Shown here piece after piece: positions 1-8,998 of a DNA stretch of 32,000 nt. The stretch is from Crocosphaera subtropica ATCC 51142 (GTDB lineage: Bacteria; Cyanobacteriota; Cyanobacteriia; Cyanobacteriales; Microcystaceae). The position numbers and the translations under genes were made by a program. The notes under the pieces are model-generated. The model had not been told where the DNA came from. It made no database searches and saw only the letters and a program-made list of their open reading frames with translations. The number at the start of each line of letters is the position of its first letter. The stretch's first letter is position 1. The stretch is taken from the NCBI RefSeq assembly GCF_000017845.1, contig NC_010546.1, positions 1,020,001 to 1,052,000 of the forward strand, in the 5' to 3' direction.

Positions 1-807
1 CGTTACAACGGCATCCATAATGATACTCAACGCTACATCTCCAATAAAGAGGGAAGCTTAATCTATGATTCTTGGCGAGTGATTGTTTGTAGTGATTATA
101 TGCGTTACGAACTCAAACGGGCTTTTGAAACCCCTTTAGATAAGGTCGATATTATTTATAATGGCATTCGACCTGAGAAGAAGCATAAAGATCCTAATTT
201 TGATTATCTGGCTTTTCGTCGTCAATTTGCCTTAGATCACGAAAAAATTATCTATTATGTGGGGAGAATGACCCGTGAAAAGGGGGTTTCTATCCTCCTA
301 CAAGCAGCAGCTAAAGTATTATGGGAGTTACAGGGGAATGCCAAAATAGTGATTATTGGTGGAGGCAATACTCAGCATCTGCAAGTAGAAGCTTTTGAAT
401 TGGGCATTGGCAACCGCTGTTGTTTTACTGGATTTATGTCCGATGAAGATTTAGATCGCTTTCAAACCATCGCTGACTGTGCTGTCTTTCCCAGTTTATA
501 CGAACCCTTTGGGATTGTCGCCTTAGAAAGTTTCGCAGCCCGTGTCCCAGTAGTGGTATCCAGTACGGGGGGATTACCTGAAGTGGTTCATCATCAAAAA
601 ACAGGCATCGTGACCGAGGTGAATAACCCTGATTCTTTGGCTTGGGGAATTTTAGAAATATTAAGAAACCCTGATTATGGTCAACAGTTAGTGGAAAAAG
701 CCTATGAAGAATTAGCTTTGCGTTTTGGCTGGCCACAACTAGCAAAACAAACGGAAGCCGTTTATGAGGTAGTGTGTGAACAGCGATCGCAAATTCATTG
801 GGAGTAG
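1..807 (+). CDS. Glycosyltransferase, GT-B fold (group 1 / GT4-like), 5' end cut by window edge
   Basis: Frame 1 is open from nt 1 (RYNGIHNDTQRYISNKEGSLIYDSWR precedes the listed GTG at 79), so the gene starts upstream of the window. It carries the C-terminal GT-B signature EPFGIVALE (E-x7-E) followed by STGGLPEVV. Stop TAG at 805-807. Confidence 0.8.
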   Translation, partial: RYNGIHNDTQRYISNKEGSLIYDSWRVIVCSDYMRYELKRAFETPLDKVDIIYNGIRPEKKHKDPNFDYLAFRRQFALDHEKIIYYVGRMTREKGVSILLQAAAKVLWELQGNAKIVIIGGGNTQHLQVEAFELGIGNRCCFTGFMSDEDLDRFQTIADCAVFPSLYEPFGIVALESFAARVPVVVSSTGGLPEVVHHQKTGIVTEVNNPDSLAWGILEILRNPDYGQQLVEKAYEELALRFGWPQLAKQTEAVYEVVCEQRSQIHWE

Positions 808-866
808 TTATGAATTCAAAATTAAGGATAATATAGTTATGATAATAAGCCGATGGGGTATTATCA

Positions 867-1316
867 ATGAAATGGATCGTTTATGTTGTAATAACTATCA
901 TTGTTTATAGTATTATCATTATTAAACTAAAAGTCAAAACCCAAAGAGAAAAAGTTAGAGAAGCTTACATTTTTTGGAATACTCTAATATTTTTTCTTGT
1001 GTTTGAATTTATTTTTATTGAGTCTATTGTTAGTCAATTTTTATTACATCTTTTTGGTTTATTACTATCCTTTATTTACTCAGTTTCTATCTACCTTTAC
1101 TTAAAATCTATTAGGAAAGATATTGATACTATTTTTTATAAATTATTAGAACAAAGTCATGGTAAAATTAGTATATTAACCTTTATGCAAGCCACAGAAT
1201 TACCTCCCAATAAAGCTCAAGATTATTTAGACAAAAAAATGAGGGAATTAAAAGGTAATCGTCATAGTACCCGTGGTAATATTTATTATGAATTTAGTGG
1301 GTGGCAAAACTATTAA
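867..1316 (+). CDS. Hypothetical small membrane protein (about 3 N-terminal TM helices, soluble C-terminal tail)
   Basis: 149-aa ORF. Hydrophobic segments IVYVVITIIVYSIIII, LIFFLVFEFIFIESIV and LLHLFGLLLSFIYSVSIYL. No motif recognised. Very AT-rich. Confidence 0.4.
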   Translation: MKWIVYVVITIIVYSIIIIKLKVKTQREKVREAYIFWNTLIFFLVFEFIFIESIVSQFLLHLFGLLLSFIYSVSIYLYLKSIRKDIDTIFYKLLEQSHGKISILTFMQATELPPNKAQDYLDKKMRELKGNRHSTRGNIYYEFSGWQNY

Positions 1317-1343
1317 ATGGCTAAATAAAAAATAAATACACTC

Positions 1344-1384
1344 AGCGTTCAGTGTTATAAGAATATAGCTGATAGCTGAACGCT
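1344..1384. terminator. Possible bidirectional hairpin between convergent genes
   Basis: AGCGTTCAG (1344-1352) is the exact reverse complement of CTGAACGCT (1376-1384). The stem is 9 bp and the loop 23 nt, which is large, so this is a weak call. Confidence 0.3.
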
Positions 1385-2610
1385 TATAAACTAGCTAATT
1401 TAATCGAAGGTACAAGATAGGAGTGTGACTTTTCATCCTTTCTAAGAACTTCCTCTATATCATCAATAACTTGAGGATAGTTCTGATGATATCGTTGTTG
1501 ATCAGAACGAATTTTTTTTAGATGTTGATGAATATTATTTTGATTAATAATGACTCCAAAATCTTGAGGAATATTAGCTTTTTTTTGGCGGTTCCTATTA
1601 ACAACTAATTCTATGATCAAGTTACCAACTTCTGGGCGATAGTGGTCGGAATCAATATAGCCTTTTAAATGATATTTCTGATCAACATTAGGAATATCTT
1701 CTGTTGTAATACTATTATAACCAGTAAAATCCCATAAATCAACTTGATTAGATAACCCAAGATTATTATGAGCTTTTTCAATAACATTGACTAAATCTTT
1801 TTTCCATCGTTCAAACATAGGAAACTGGCCAGCAATTCTCATGGCTTCTAAATTTTGTATATGAATAGGAGAAATAAATAAATAGAGTTTAATATTATTT
1901 TCTAAACAATGGCTAACAATATCCTCAAATGCTTTCAGCTGAGACTGTTGGTAGTCAACCCGTTGATAACGAATAAAATTATATCGTAGTTTTTGAGTAA
2001 ACTTTTTTTTGTTAAAAGGTGCAACAGACTTGGTTGTTCTAAACCCTTCAGGTGTATAAACTGCATTAACTTTATTTCCCTTATGATTAAATTGAAATGT
2101 CTTCCAAGAACTGATTAATTGCTGACCAGAAAATACATTTTTGAAGTAGATTTCATATTTTGATTTATTAGCAAATAGTGATGAACTAAAATCTCCACGA
2201 ACACGGGGTTGTCCAGAAAAACTCACAAAATCCAATCCTATAATAACTGATTTAAGAGGTTGAACCTGATGGGAAAATTGAAAAATTCGACCTATTTCAT
2301 ACATATTACTTCCATTTAAACCTGCATTATAAACTTTCTTAGATGACTGTACAGATGAAGGATCTAATCCATTCGCTACTCTTGAAGTTCCTAAAATTAT
2401 AGTATCATAATCGCCTTCCTCTATTTCTATTGACTTAAATTTTCTCAAACCACTTTTGTCCATTAACGGTTTCTGGAAATTAATGTTATCAATTTCTACA
2501 ATACGAAAAATTCCTTGGGGATCAATAATTAAATTGCTAAATATTATGAACAAGGAACTAAAAAAAAACAAAAAAAAGTAGTTTTTCAGATAAGCTTTTG
2601 GAGAATACAT
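1384..2610 (-). CDS. Membrane-anchored DltD-like / SGNH-type accessory protein of the MBOAT (inferred)
   Basis: 408-aa ORF starting 9 nt downstream of the MBOAT stop on the same strand. N-terminal anchor FFLFFFSSLFIIFSNLII. ILGTSRVANG block (candidate Ser nucleophile near residue 75) and C-terminal DSDHY (DxxH-like block). The architecture resembles DltD and SGNH partners of MBOATs. The family assignment is inference. Confidence 0.55.
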   Translation of the reverse strand: MYSPKAYLKNYFFLFFFSSLFIIFSNLIIDPQGIFRIVEIDNINFQKPLMDKSGLRKFKSIEIEEGDYDTIILGTSRVANGLDPSSVQSSKKVYNAGLNGSNMYEIGRIFQFSHQVQPLKSVIIGLDFVSFSGQPRVRGDFSSSLFANKSKYEIYFKNVFSGQQLISSWKTFQFNHKGNKVNAVYTPEGFRTTKSVAPFNKKKFTQKLRYNFIRYQRVDYQQSQLKAFEDIVSHCLENNIKLYLFISPIHIQNLEAMRIAGQFPMFERWKKDLVNVIEKAHNNLGLSNQVDLWDFTGYNSITTEDIPNVDQKYHLKGYIDSDHYRPEVGNLIIELVVNRNRQKKANIPQDFGVIINQNNIHQHLKKIRSDQQRYHQNYPQVIDDIEEVLRKDEKSHSYLVPSIKLASL

Positions 2611-2619
2611 AATTCACTA

Positions 2620-4260
2620 TTAATACTGAAAATAAATAAAAGGTTGTTCTTGATTTAGTGAAAAAAGAGAAATAGCTAACAGAGAAAAACTAATAAACGC
2701 AAAAATTGAACTTGGTTTCCATTGTAATCGTTTCCAAATGTTAGCTTTCCATTGTTTTTTAATTCTGCCAGCATAATAATCAATGGCAGGTTTATATTGT
2801 CCCATCCACTGTTGTGTATTTGGGGTAAATAAAACAACAATTAATAAAATCATGATTAACTGAAGTAACTGAAATATTTCAGAAGGATTAAGATTATTAT
2901 AGATAAAATTAGGCATTAATCCAGAAAATTTGAAACCGAAATTTCCAAGAAAATTAAAATCCTTTTCCAATGAACTCGGTAATGATATTCCATTTAATCC
3001 CAACATACTATGCCACATTGATAAGGTTTGACTCATGGTTTCTGTTCGAGTTAAAACAAGGGCAAACATCCAGGCAGAAAAAGTTAAAAACCAGCTAATT
3101 AATTGACTCCACCAAGGACTATCTTTTAAATTATTACCCTTAGATTTGAGAAAATCACGCCATTGTTGATAAACAATAAAATAGATTCCGTGTAAACCTC
3201 CCCAAGCTAAAAAATTCCACCCTGCACCATGCCATAAACCTGTTATACCCAGACCAATGAAAGCATTAAAGGCTGTTGCTCTCTGTTGTGCTATCTGTCC
3301 CTTTCCCAATGGCCATGTTTTCAAGCAACGGGATAACGGTAAATACAAATAATCTCGGAAAAAACGGGTTAACGTCATGTGCCAATGACTCCAGAATTGA
3401 CTAATATTAGTCGTTTTGTAGGGAGAATCAAAGTTAAGGGGTAATTTAATCCCAAACATTCTTGCTACCCCAATAGCCATATCTGAATAACCCGAAAAAT
3501 CAAAATATAATCGTAACGTATGGGCTAATATTCCTGTCCAAGCTTCTACAAAACTTAGGTGAATATCTTGATTAATAGCACCGTAAATTAAAGAAACATG
3601 AGGAGTTAAATTATCAGCAATAATAACTTTTTTAAATAATCCAATAGAAAAAATAGTCAATCCTACGGAAAAATCTTCATAATCAAATCGAAAAATTTTA
3701 GGACTTTTTAATTGGGGAGAAAGTTCTTTATAACGAACAATTGGACCAGAAATTAATTGGGGAAAAAAGCTAATAAATAAGCAATAATGAATGAGATCAT
3801 GGTCTTTAATTTTACCTTTATAAGTATCCACTAAATAGGCCACCTGCTCAAAGGTAATAAAAGAAATACCTAGGGGAAGAATTAAATTTTTTAATGTCCA
3901 ATTACTTCCTACTAACCCATTGATAGACTCAATGAAAAAGTTAGCGTATTTAAAATAAGCCAGTAATCCCAGATTAAAAACAATTCCTAAAATTAGATAA
4001 AAGCGATCATTAATAACCAGATTTTTAGCTAGTAAAGTCTCAACCTTATTGTTAATAATTCTACCTAAACTATAATTAACAGTCAAAGACCCTAATAAGA
4101 ACATTAAATAAGCTGGATTCCATCTCCCATAGAAAAAGAAGGAAGCAATAATCAACCAAACTAAGGCTATTTTGTGATGGCGTTTTTCTCCTAATTTATA
4201 AAAAATGACTAGGGTTATAGGAAGAAATAAAAAGATAAATTCATAGGAGTTATACAGCAT
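2620..4260 (-). CDS. MBOAT family membrane-bound O-acyltransferase (DltB/AlgI-like)
   Basis: 546-aa polytopic ORF with the MBOAT core FWSHWHMTLTRFFRDYLYLPLS and a conserved His region GLWHGAGWNFLAWGGLHG. Its ATG (4258-4260) overlaps the upstream carrier-protein stop by 11 nt (ATGCTGTATAA). Confidence 0.9.
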   Translation of the reverse strand: MLYNSYEFIFLFLPITLVIFYKLGEKRHHKIALVWLIIASFFFYGRWNPAYLMFLLGSLTVNYSLGRIINNKVETLLAKNLVINDRFYLILGIVFNLGLLAYFKYANFFIESINGLVGSNWTLKNLILPLGISFITFEQVAYLVDTYKGKIKDHDLIHYCLFISFFPQLISGPIVRYKELSPQLKSPKIFRFDYEDFSVGLTIFSIGLFKKVIIADNLTPHVSLIYGAINQDIHLSFVEAWTGILAHTLRLYFDFSGYSDMAIGVARMFGIKLPLNFDSPYKTTNISQFWSHWHMTLTRFFRDYLYLPLSRCLKTWPLGKGQIAQQRATAFNAFIGLGITGLWHGAGWNFLAWGGLHGIYFIVYQQWRDFLKSKGNNLKDSPWWSQLISWFLTFSAWMFALVLTRTETMSQTLSMWHSMLGLNGISLPSSLEKDFNFLGNFGFKFSGLMPNFIYNNLNPSEIFQLLQLIMILLIVVLFTPNTQQWMGQYKPAIDYYAGRIKKQWKANIWKRLQWKPSSIFAFISFSLLAISLFSLNQEQPFIYFQY

Positions 4261-4507
4261 AATTCTCAGCTAAATGTTCAGAAAGTTCTGCAATTGTTGG
4301 ATATTCATACATCAAGGTGGGGTCATCAATTTCACACCCTAACCAGTCTTCTAAATCAGCCATGATTGCGACAATATCAGCGGATTCTAGTCCATATCTT
4401 TCAAATGGAATTCCTGCATCTACTTCATCAAAATTGATATTTAAAGTGTTAGCAACTTGGGTTGTTAACCAGGTATGAATTTTGGTGATATCCATTATTT
4501 TCTTCAA
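4250..4507 (-). CDS. Acyl carrier protein (phosphopantetheine-binding, DltC-like position)
   Basis: 85-aa acidic ORF with FERYGLESADIV (Ser in the GL[DE]S attachment context) and a four-helix-like length. Overlaps the MBOAT start, suggesting translational coupling. Confidence 0.8.
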   Translation of the reverse strand: MKKIMDITKIHTWLTTQVANTLNINFDEVDAGIPFERYGLESADIVAIMADLEDWLGCEIDDPTLMYEYPTIAELSEHLAENYAV

Positions 4508-4541
4508 TAATTTTTAATAACTAAATTGGCTAAATTGGCAA

Positions 4542-5798
4542 TTAAGCAACATCAAAAGTAACAGGTAAAGATTTTAAGAATCGAGTGACCACATTATCAT
4601 GATATTCAACCCTATTAATGGCTAATTGTAAATTAGGTAATTGCTGTACTAAGGTGTTAATAGCAATAGGAACTTCAACACGGGCTAAAGCAGCCCCTAA
4701 ACAAAAATGAATCCCCGTTGCAAAGGCAATATGTTGATTATCAGAACGCAATAAATCGAGTTGATCTGGGTCAACAAATTGCTGTGGATCTCGATTTGCA
4801 GACCCTAAACAAAGAATAATAAAGTCCCCTTGATTGATAATTTTTCCAGCAATTTCTAGAGGTTCTCTTGCTGTTCTGAGTACCAGTTGAGTTGGACTAT
4901 CATAACGAAGTAATTCTTCAACTGCCTTGTTAATTAGGTGGGGTTGCTGTTTCAATAATTCCAACTGATCACGATGATTTAATAGGGCTAATATGCTATT
5001 TCCAATGATACTGGCTGTTGTTCCTTCCCCAGCAGCACCTAACATCATACAACTACTAATAATTTCTGCATCCGTTAGCTTTTCTCCTCCATCTTCTACC
5101 TCCAGTAAGGCTGTAATTAAGTCAGGTTGGGGCTGTTTTCTTTTCTGGTTAATTTGGTGTTGTAAATAATCCCTAAACTCTAGTGAGATTTGATTCATTT
5201 CCTCACATTTATGTAAAGAGTTTAAAGGATCAAAAATGCTAAAAATATCCCTTACCCAACCTCGCACAAAATGCTCATCTTGCTTCGGTAAACCCATCAA
5301 TTTCATCATGACTTTAATCGGTATAAAATTAGCAAAATCAGTGACAATATCAAGGGTTCTTTCTGCTTTCAAAGGTAAGAGTAATTGGTTAGCTATTGCC
5401 TGTATTTCAGAGGCTATTTTTTGTAAGGATTGACCCTTGAACGCCTTGGCTACTAACCCACGCATTCTGGTATGATCAGGAGGATTAAGAAAAAATAACC
5501 AGTGTTGACTCGCTAAAATTAGAGCCTCTAAATCTCTCTCTTTTTTAGCTAGATATTGACTCTTTTTGCGAAAACTGTCAGGCATTGGGGCTTCATCGAC
5601 CCGTGGATCTTTAAGAATAGCTTTAGCATCCGCATAACGAGTAATGACCCATCCGCCTAGCATTCCCCAATGAATCGGATCATGGGTTCGTAAATAATCA
5701 TAATAAGGATAAGGGTTGGCTTTAAATTCGGCATCAAAGGGATTAAATTGATAGGACTGATCTACCTTATTTCGTTCAAGTTGTTGAGTTGGTATCAT
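4542..5798 (-). CDS. Cytochrome P450
   Basis: 418 aa. Heme-thiolate loop FATGIHFCLGAALAR (FxxGxHxCxG), I-helix AAGEGTT, K-helix EELLRY (ExxR). The ATG lies 2 nt after the stop of the upstream FAAL fragment. Confidence 0.9.
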   Translation of the reverse strand: MIPTQQLERNKVDQSYQFNPFDAEFKANPYPYYDYLRTHDPIHWGMLGGWVITRYADAKAILKDPRVDEAPMPDSFRKKSQYLAKKERDLEALILASQHWLFFLNPPDHTRMRGLVAKAFKGQSLQKIASEIQAIANQLLLPLKAERTLDIVTDFANFIPIKVMMKLMGLPKQDEHFVRGWVRDIFSIFDPLNSLHKCEEMNQISLEFRDYLQHQINQKRKQPQPDLITALLEVEDGGEKLTDAEIISSCMMLGAAGEGTTASIIGNSILALLNHRDQLELLKQQPHLINKAVEELLRYDSPTQLVLRTAREPLEIAGKIINQGDFIILCLGSANRDPQQFVDPDQLDLLRSDNQHIAFATGIHFCLGAALARVEVPIAINTLVQQLPNLQLAINRVEYHDNVVTRFLKSLPVTFDVA

Positions 5799-5800
5799 GG

Positions 5801-6976
5801 TTAAATTCGGTTTTTTCCTAATGCTGGATTAGTAATGGTTTCTGTTAGTTTATGCAAGGTATTCTCTAAATATTGTTGTCGGCAAGCTTGACGTTGAATT
5901 TTTCCACTAGAAGTCTTGGGAAGACTACCAGTTTGAATGAGGATAAGATCATAAATCAGTAAATCGTATTCTCTCATCACCGCTTGACAAATATCTCCAA
6001 CAACTTTGTCAAAATCTAGTTTTTTTCGATAGCTTCGTTCTACCTCCTGAACAATAATTAATTTTTCAATTCCATCAACAGCAACAGAAAACGCTGCACC
6101 ACAATTTGGCCGTAATGCTGCATTACTTTGAGCGACGGTTTCTTCAATATCTTGGGGGTAATAATTCTCTCCTTTGATAATGAGAACATCTTTTAAGCGA
6201 CCGGTAATAAACAATTCCCCATCTTTGATAAATCCTAAATCCCCTGTCCGTAAAAAAGAACCTTGCTTACTATCAGCAAGATAAGCATTAAAAGTGTGTT
6301 GAGTTGCTTGCGGTAAATTCCAATAACCTTGAGCAATACTATCACCAGAAACCCAAATTTCTCCTACTTCATGGGGTAAACAAAGAGTCAAAGACTGGGG
6401 ATTAACAATAACAATATGAGTATTTAACCAAGGATAACCACAACTGACAAATTGTTTACTTTTGATGGTTGTTTCTGTGGCTTTTTTAACTTTATTTTCT
6501 CCTAATGCTTCTGTATCTAATTGATACTGAGTGGGTGGTTTATCCCGATAGCCACCTGTTACCATTAAGGTTGATTCAGCTAACCCATAACAGGGATAAA
6601 AATACTTAGCTTGGAACCCAGAAATCTCAAAGGCTTCTGTAAATTGTTCTAAGGTTTTTGCCCGAATGGGTTCAGCCCCATTATAAGCAGTTTTCCAACG
6701 ACTTAAATCCAACTTTTTGCGTTGTTCAAGAGAGATTTTATTAACACATAAATCATAAGCAAAATTAGGTCCGCCACTATGAGTCACACCGTAATTAGAA
6801 ATTGCTTTTAACCAATTAATGGGTCTGCCTAAAAACGCAATGGGTGGCATCAAAATCCCTAAAATACCGCTATAAATAGGTTCTAAAATGCCATCAATTA
6901 ACCCCATATCATGAAAATGAGGTAACCAACTCGCTGATACATCTTGTGAGGTTAATTCAAACCTTTGTTGAATATA
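5801..6976 (-). pseudogene. Fatty acyl-AMP ligase (FAAL), 3' portion, separated from its 5' portion by an IS insertion
   Basis: The reading frame is open from 6976 (YIQQRFELTSQDVSASWLPHFHDMGLIDG...) to the stop at 5801-5803. Adenylation-domain motifs: GYGLAEST, FLRTGDLGF, GRLKDVLIIKGENYYPQDIE, SSGKIQR. There is no start codon or promoter of its own apart from the internal Met at 6907. Confidence 0.85.
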
Positions 6977-6984
6977 TAGCTAGT

Positions 6985-8036
6985 CTAACTGAATCGTGAA
7001 AAAGCCTCGTAGTTTTTAAAATTAGGAAGATTGAATAGTTTCAACTCAACAAAAAGTTGAAAAAGACGTTTAACAATTTTAAAATTTTTCCCAAATCTAT
7101 AAAATCTTCTCAGTAAAGTTTTGAGTTGTAACCAAATTGCTTCTACGGGATTTTCTTGAGGGGAATAAGGAGCAAAAAGACAACAGGTTACTCGCCATTC
7201 TTCTGGTGACAAATCTTGATTTTCTCTAGCTAAAAACTTTTGCATTTCTTTTCCTCTATGATAACTGGCTCCATCCCAAATCCATAAGGTTTTAGCTTCG
7301 GGATTTTTTTTCTGTAATTGTTGGACAAAATCTACCGTGTTTTTTCCATTTCCTTTTTGATAAGGAAGCAAAATAAATTCTTGAGTTAATAAATTTAATG
7401 CCCCATAATATGTCTGTCTTTCTTTAGGATTTAAAAGAGGAATTTTTAAGGGTTCTTTTATTAAGTTCCATAGATATCCGCAAATATCCTCCCAGTGAAG
7501 ATGACATTCATCAACTATATACACTATCAGCTTTCCTGAATCTATTTCCTCTCGTCTATTTTCCAGAATTTGCGCTATTTCTTGGTTTTTTTTTGAGTGA
7601 CTTCTTCATGATATCTAGGATTAATTTGTTGCCCCTTTTGCCAAGAAATTTTCGCCTCTTTTAAAATCTTATAATAACTTTGAAGAGATTGATAAACCAC
7701 ATCATATTTCTCAATTAGATAAACTTCTAGTTCAGAAATATCCCAGGTTTTTTGTTCAATTAGCCACTCAATTATCTCGGTACGTTCTTGATTTGTTAAG
7801 TAACTTTTACTTCCTTTGTATCCTGATTTTAAACCATTTATACCCCCAAAATTAAAAGCATTAACCCATTTACTAATAAATCCTAGTGACACAGATAAAA
7901 TTTCTGAGACTCTTTCATAACGATAGCCTTCTAGCACTAACTTTACCGCTAAAGCTCTTTGAGTCTCTCTCCCGTTTGATGAATTTTCAAGAAACTCTTT
8001 AATTAGCTCAATTTTCTCCTTATTGTCTATTATCAT
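6985..8036 (-). CDS. IS630-family DDE transposase in two frames (orfA 7575-8036, HTH; orfB 6985-7524, DDE), joined by a predicted -1 frameshift
   Basis: orfA is helix-turn-helix-like (RALAVKLVLEGYRYERVSEILSVSLGFISKWV). orfB carries a DDE triad context: IVDECH, WIWDGASYHR, APYSPQENPVEAIW. orfB is in the -1 frame relative to orfA, and that frame opens immediately 5' of an A9 run. Confidence 0.8.
7586..7594 (-). other. Candidate -1 programmed ribosomal frameshift heptamer A_AAA_AAA
   Basis: T9 on the plus strand is A9 in the transposase sense. In the orfA frame the codons read CAA AAA AAA ACC, so A AAA AAA is in the X_XXY_YYZ phase. The -1 frame has a TGA just upstream and then reads SKKNQEIAQILENRREEIDSGKLIVYIVDECH into orfB. 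Confidence 0.55.
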
Positions 8037-8117
8037 GAGTTTGTTTCTTTTTGAAATTACTCTTTTAATTTTACCTAAACAGAGCTTTTTTTATTCACGA
8101 CTCATTTAGAAACGCTA

Positions 8118-8749
8118 TATCGGCAATTATGCAAAATATTTCCATGACTCACCATCACCCCTTTTGGTTGTCCCGTAGAACCGGAAGTATATTGGAGTAA
8201 CGCTAAGGTGTTTTGATTAATCTCCCTAGAAACTGGAACAGGTTCGGAGGTTTCGGGTAAATTATCACTTGTCAGCCAGGATAAAACCGATAATTCTCGA
8301 TTATCGGTGAATCTTCGTTCAATTTGGGGAAAAGCTTCGGTGGTGGATAAGCCGATTTTTACCTCAGCATTGGCAATAATGGCTTTAATGCGATTGATGG
8401 AACGGTTGGGACGGGGAGGATACAAGGGAATAGCAATCACTCCAGCATAAAGACAGGCAAAAAAAGCGATAATAAAATCTAGTCCGGGGGGATAAAGAAG
8501 TAATATGCGATCGCCAGATTGAGTCAAGTTTTGGAGATAAACGGCTAATTTTTGCGCCTGTTGGTCTAATTCTTGATAAGTTAACCTGCTAGATTCATTT
8601 TTGCCATTTTGCAGGAAAATAAAGGCAGTTTGTTTAGCCTGATAATTTGCCCTATATTTAATCAGATCAATTAAAGAAGTCCAGTCTGAATGGTCAGAAG
8701 ACTCGGTCAATGACGAAATCTTCCATTCTTGGGATACACTACTCAACAT
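8118..8749 (-). pseudogene. Fatty acyl-AMP ligase (FAAL), 5' portion, truncated by the IS insertion
   Basis: The ORF starts at 8749 and contains LTYQELDQQAQKLAVYLQ and the A3 core LLQYTSGSTGQPKGVMVSHGNILHN. After codon TAT (8117-8119) it runs into the IS end and stops at 8102-8104 (…CRYSVSK*). Confidence 0.85.
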
Positions 8750-8998
8750 TATGATGAAGAAAATCCAGTATATATAACTATGAAAAAATACTTAAGTTTT
8801 TTATGTAGCCGAAAATATACCACATTGACTTAACTATGTCAAGGCTCTAGAGAATTATTGCGGTTGGAAAGCGCACCAAGTAGACGAGACAATAGGTGTT
8901 TCAGGCAAGGATAGAATTGACCAAGACTTGTGCTTATCCCGAACTTACGTTAAACTCACATCTTGCAGCTTCAATAAAACTAGCTAGTTTAGGGAGGT

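Larger units (their letters stand above)
6977..8117 (-). mobile_element. IS630-family (Tc1/mariner superfamily) insertion sequence, 1141 bp
   Basis: Imperfect terminal inverted repeats: TAGCTAGTCTAACTGAATCGTGAA (6977-7000) against the reverse complement of 8094-8117, TAGCGTTTCTAAATGAGTCGTGAA (19 of 24 positions identical). TA dinucleotide on both sides (6975-6976 and 8118-8119). Encodes an HTH plus DDE transposase. Confidence 0.85.

Noticed and set aside
434-745. 103-aa ORF antisense to the glycosyltransferase gene
   Set aside because: It lies entirely inside a well-supported CDS on the opposite strand, has no motif and no SD. This is a typical shadow ORF.
5236-5433. 65-aa ORF antisense to the P450 gene
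   Set aside because: Shadow ORF inside a confidently identified CDS, with low-complexity translation.
791-8506. Absence of HIP1 (GCGATCGC) across the acylation cluster, and likewise across 26521-32000, as evidence for horizontal acquisition
   Set aside because: A comparable HIP1-free gap (10197-16580) spans undoubted core genes (trxA, vipp1, tyrS). With only 11 sites in the window, the gaps are not discriminating. HIP1 is used only as a cyanobacterial marker.
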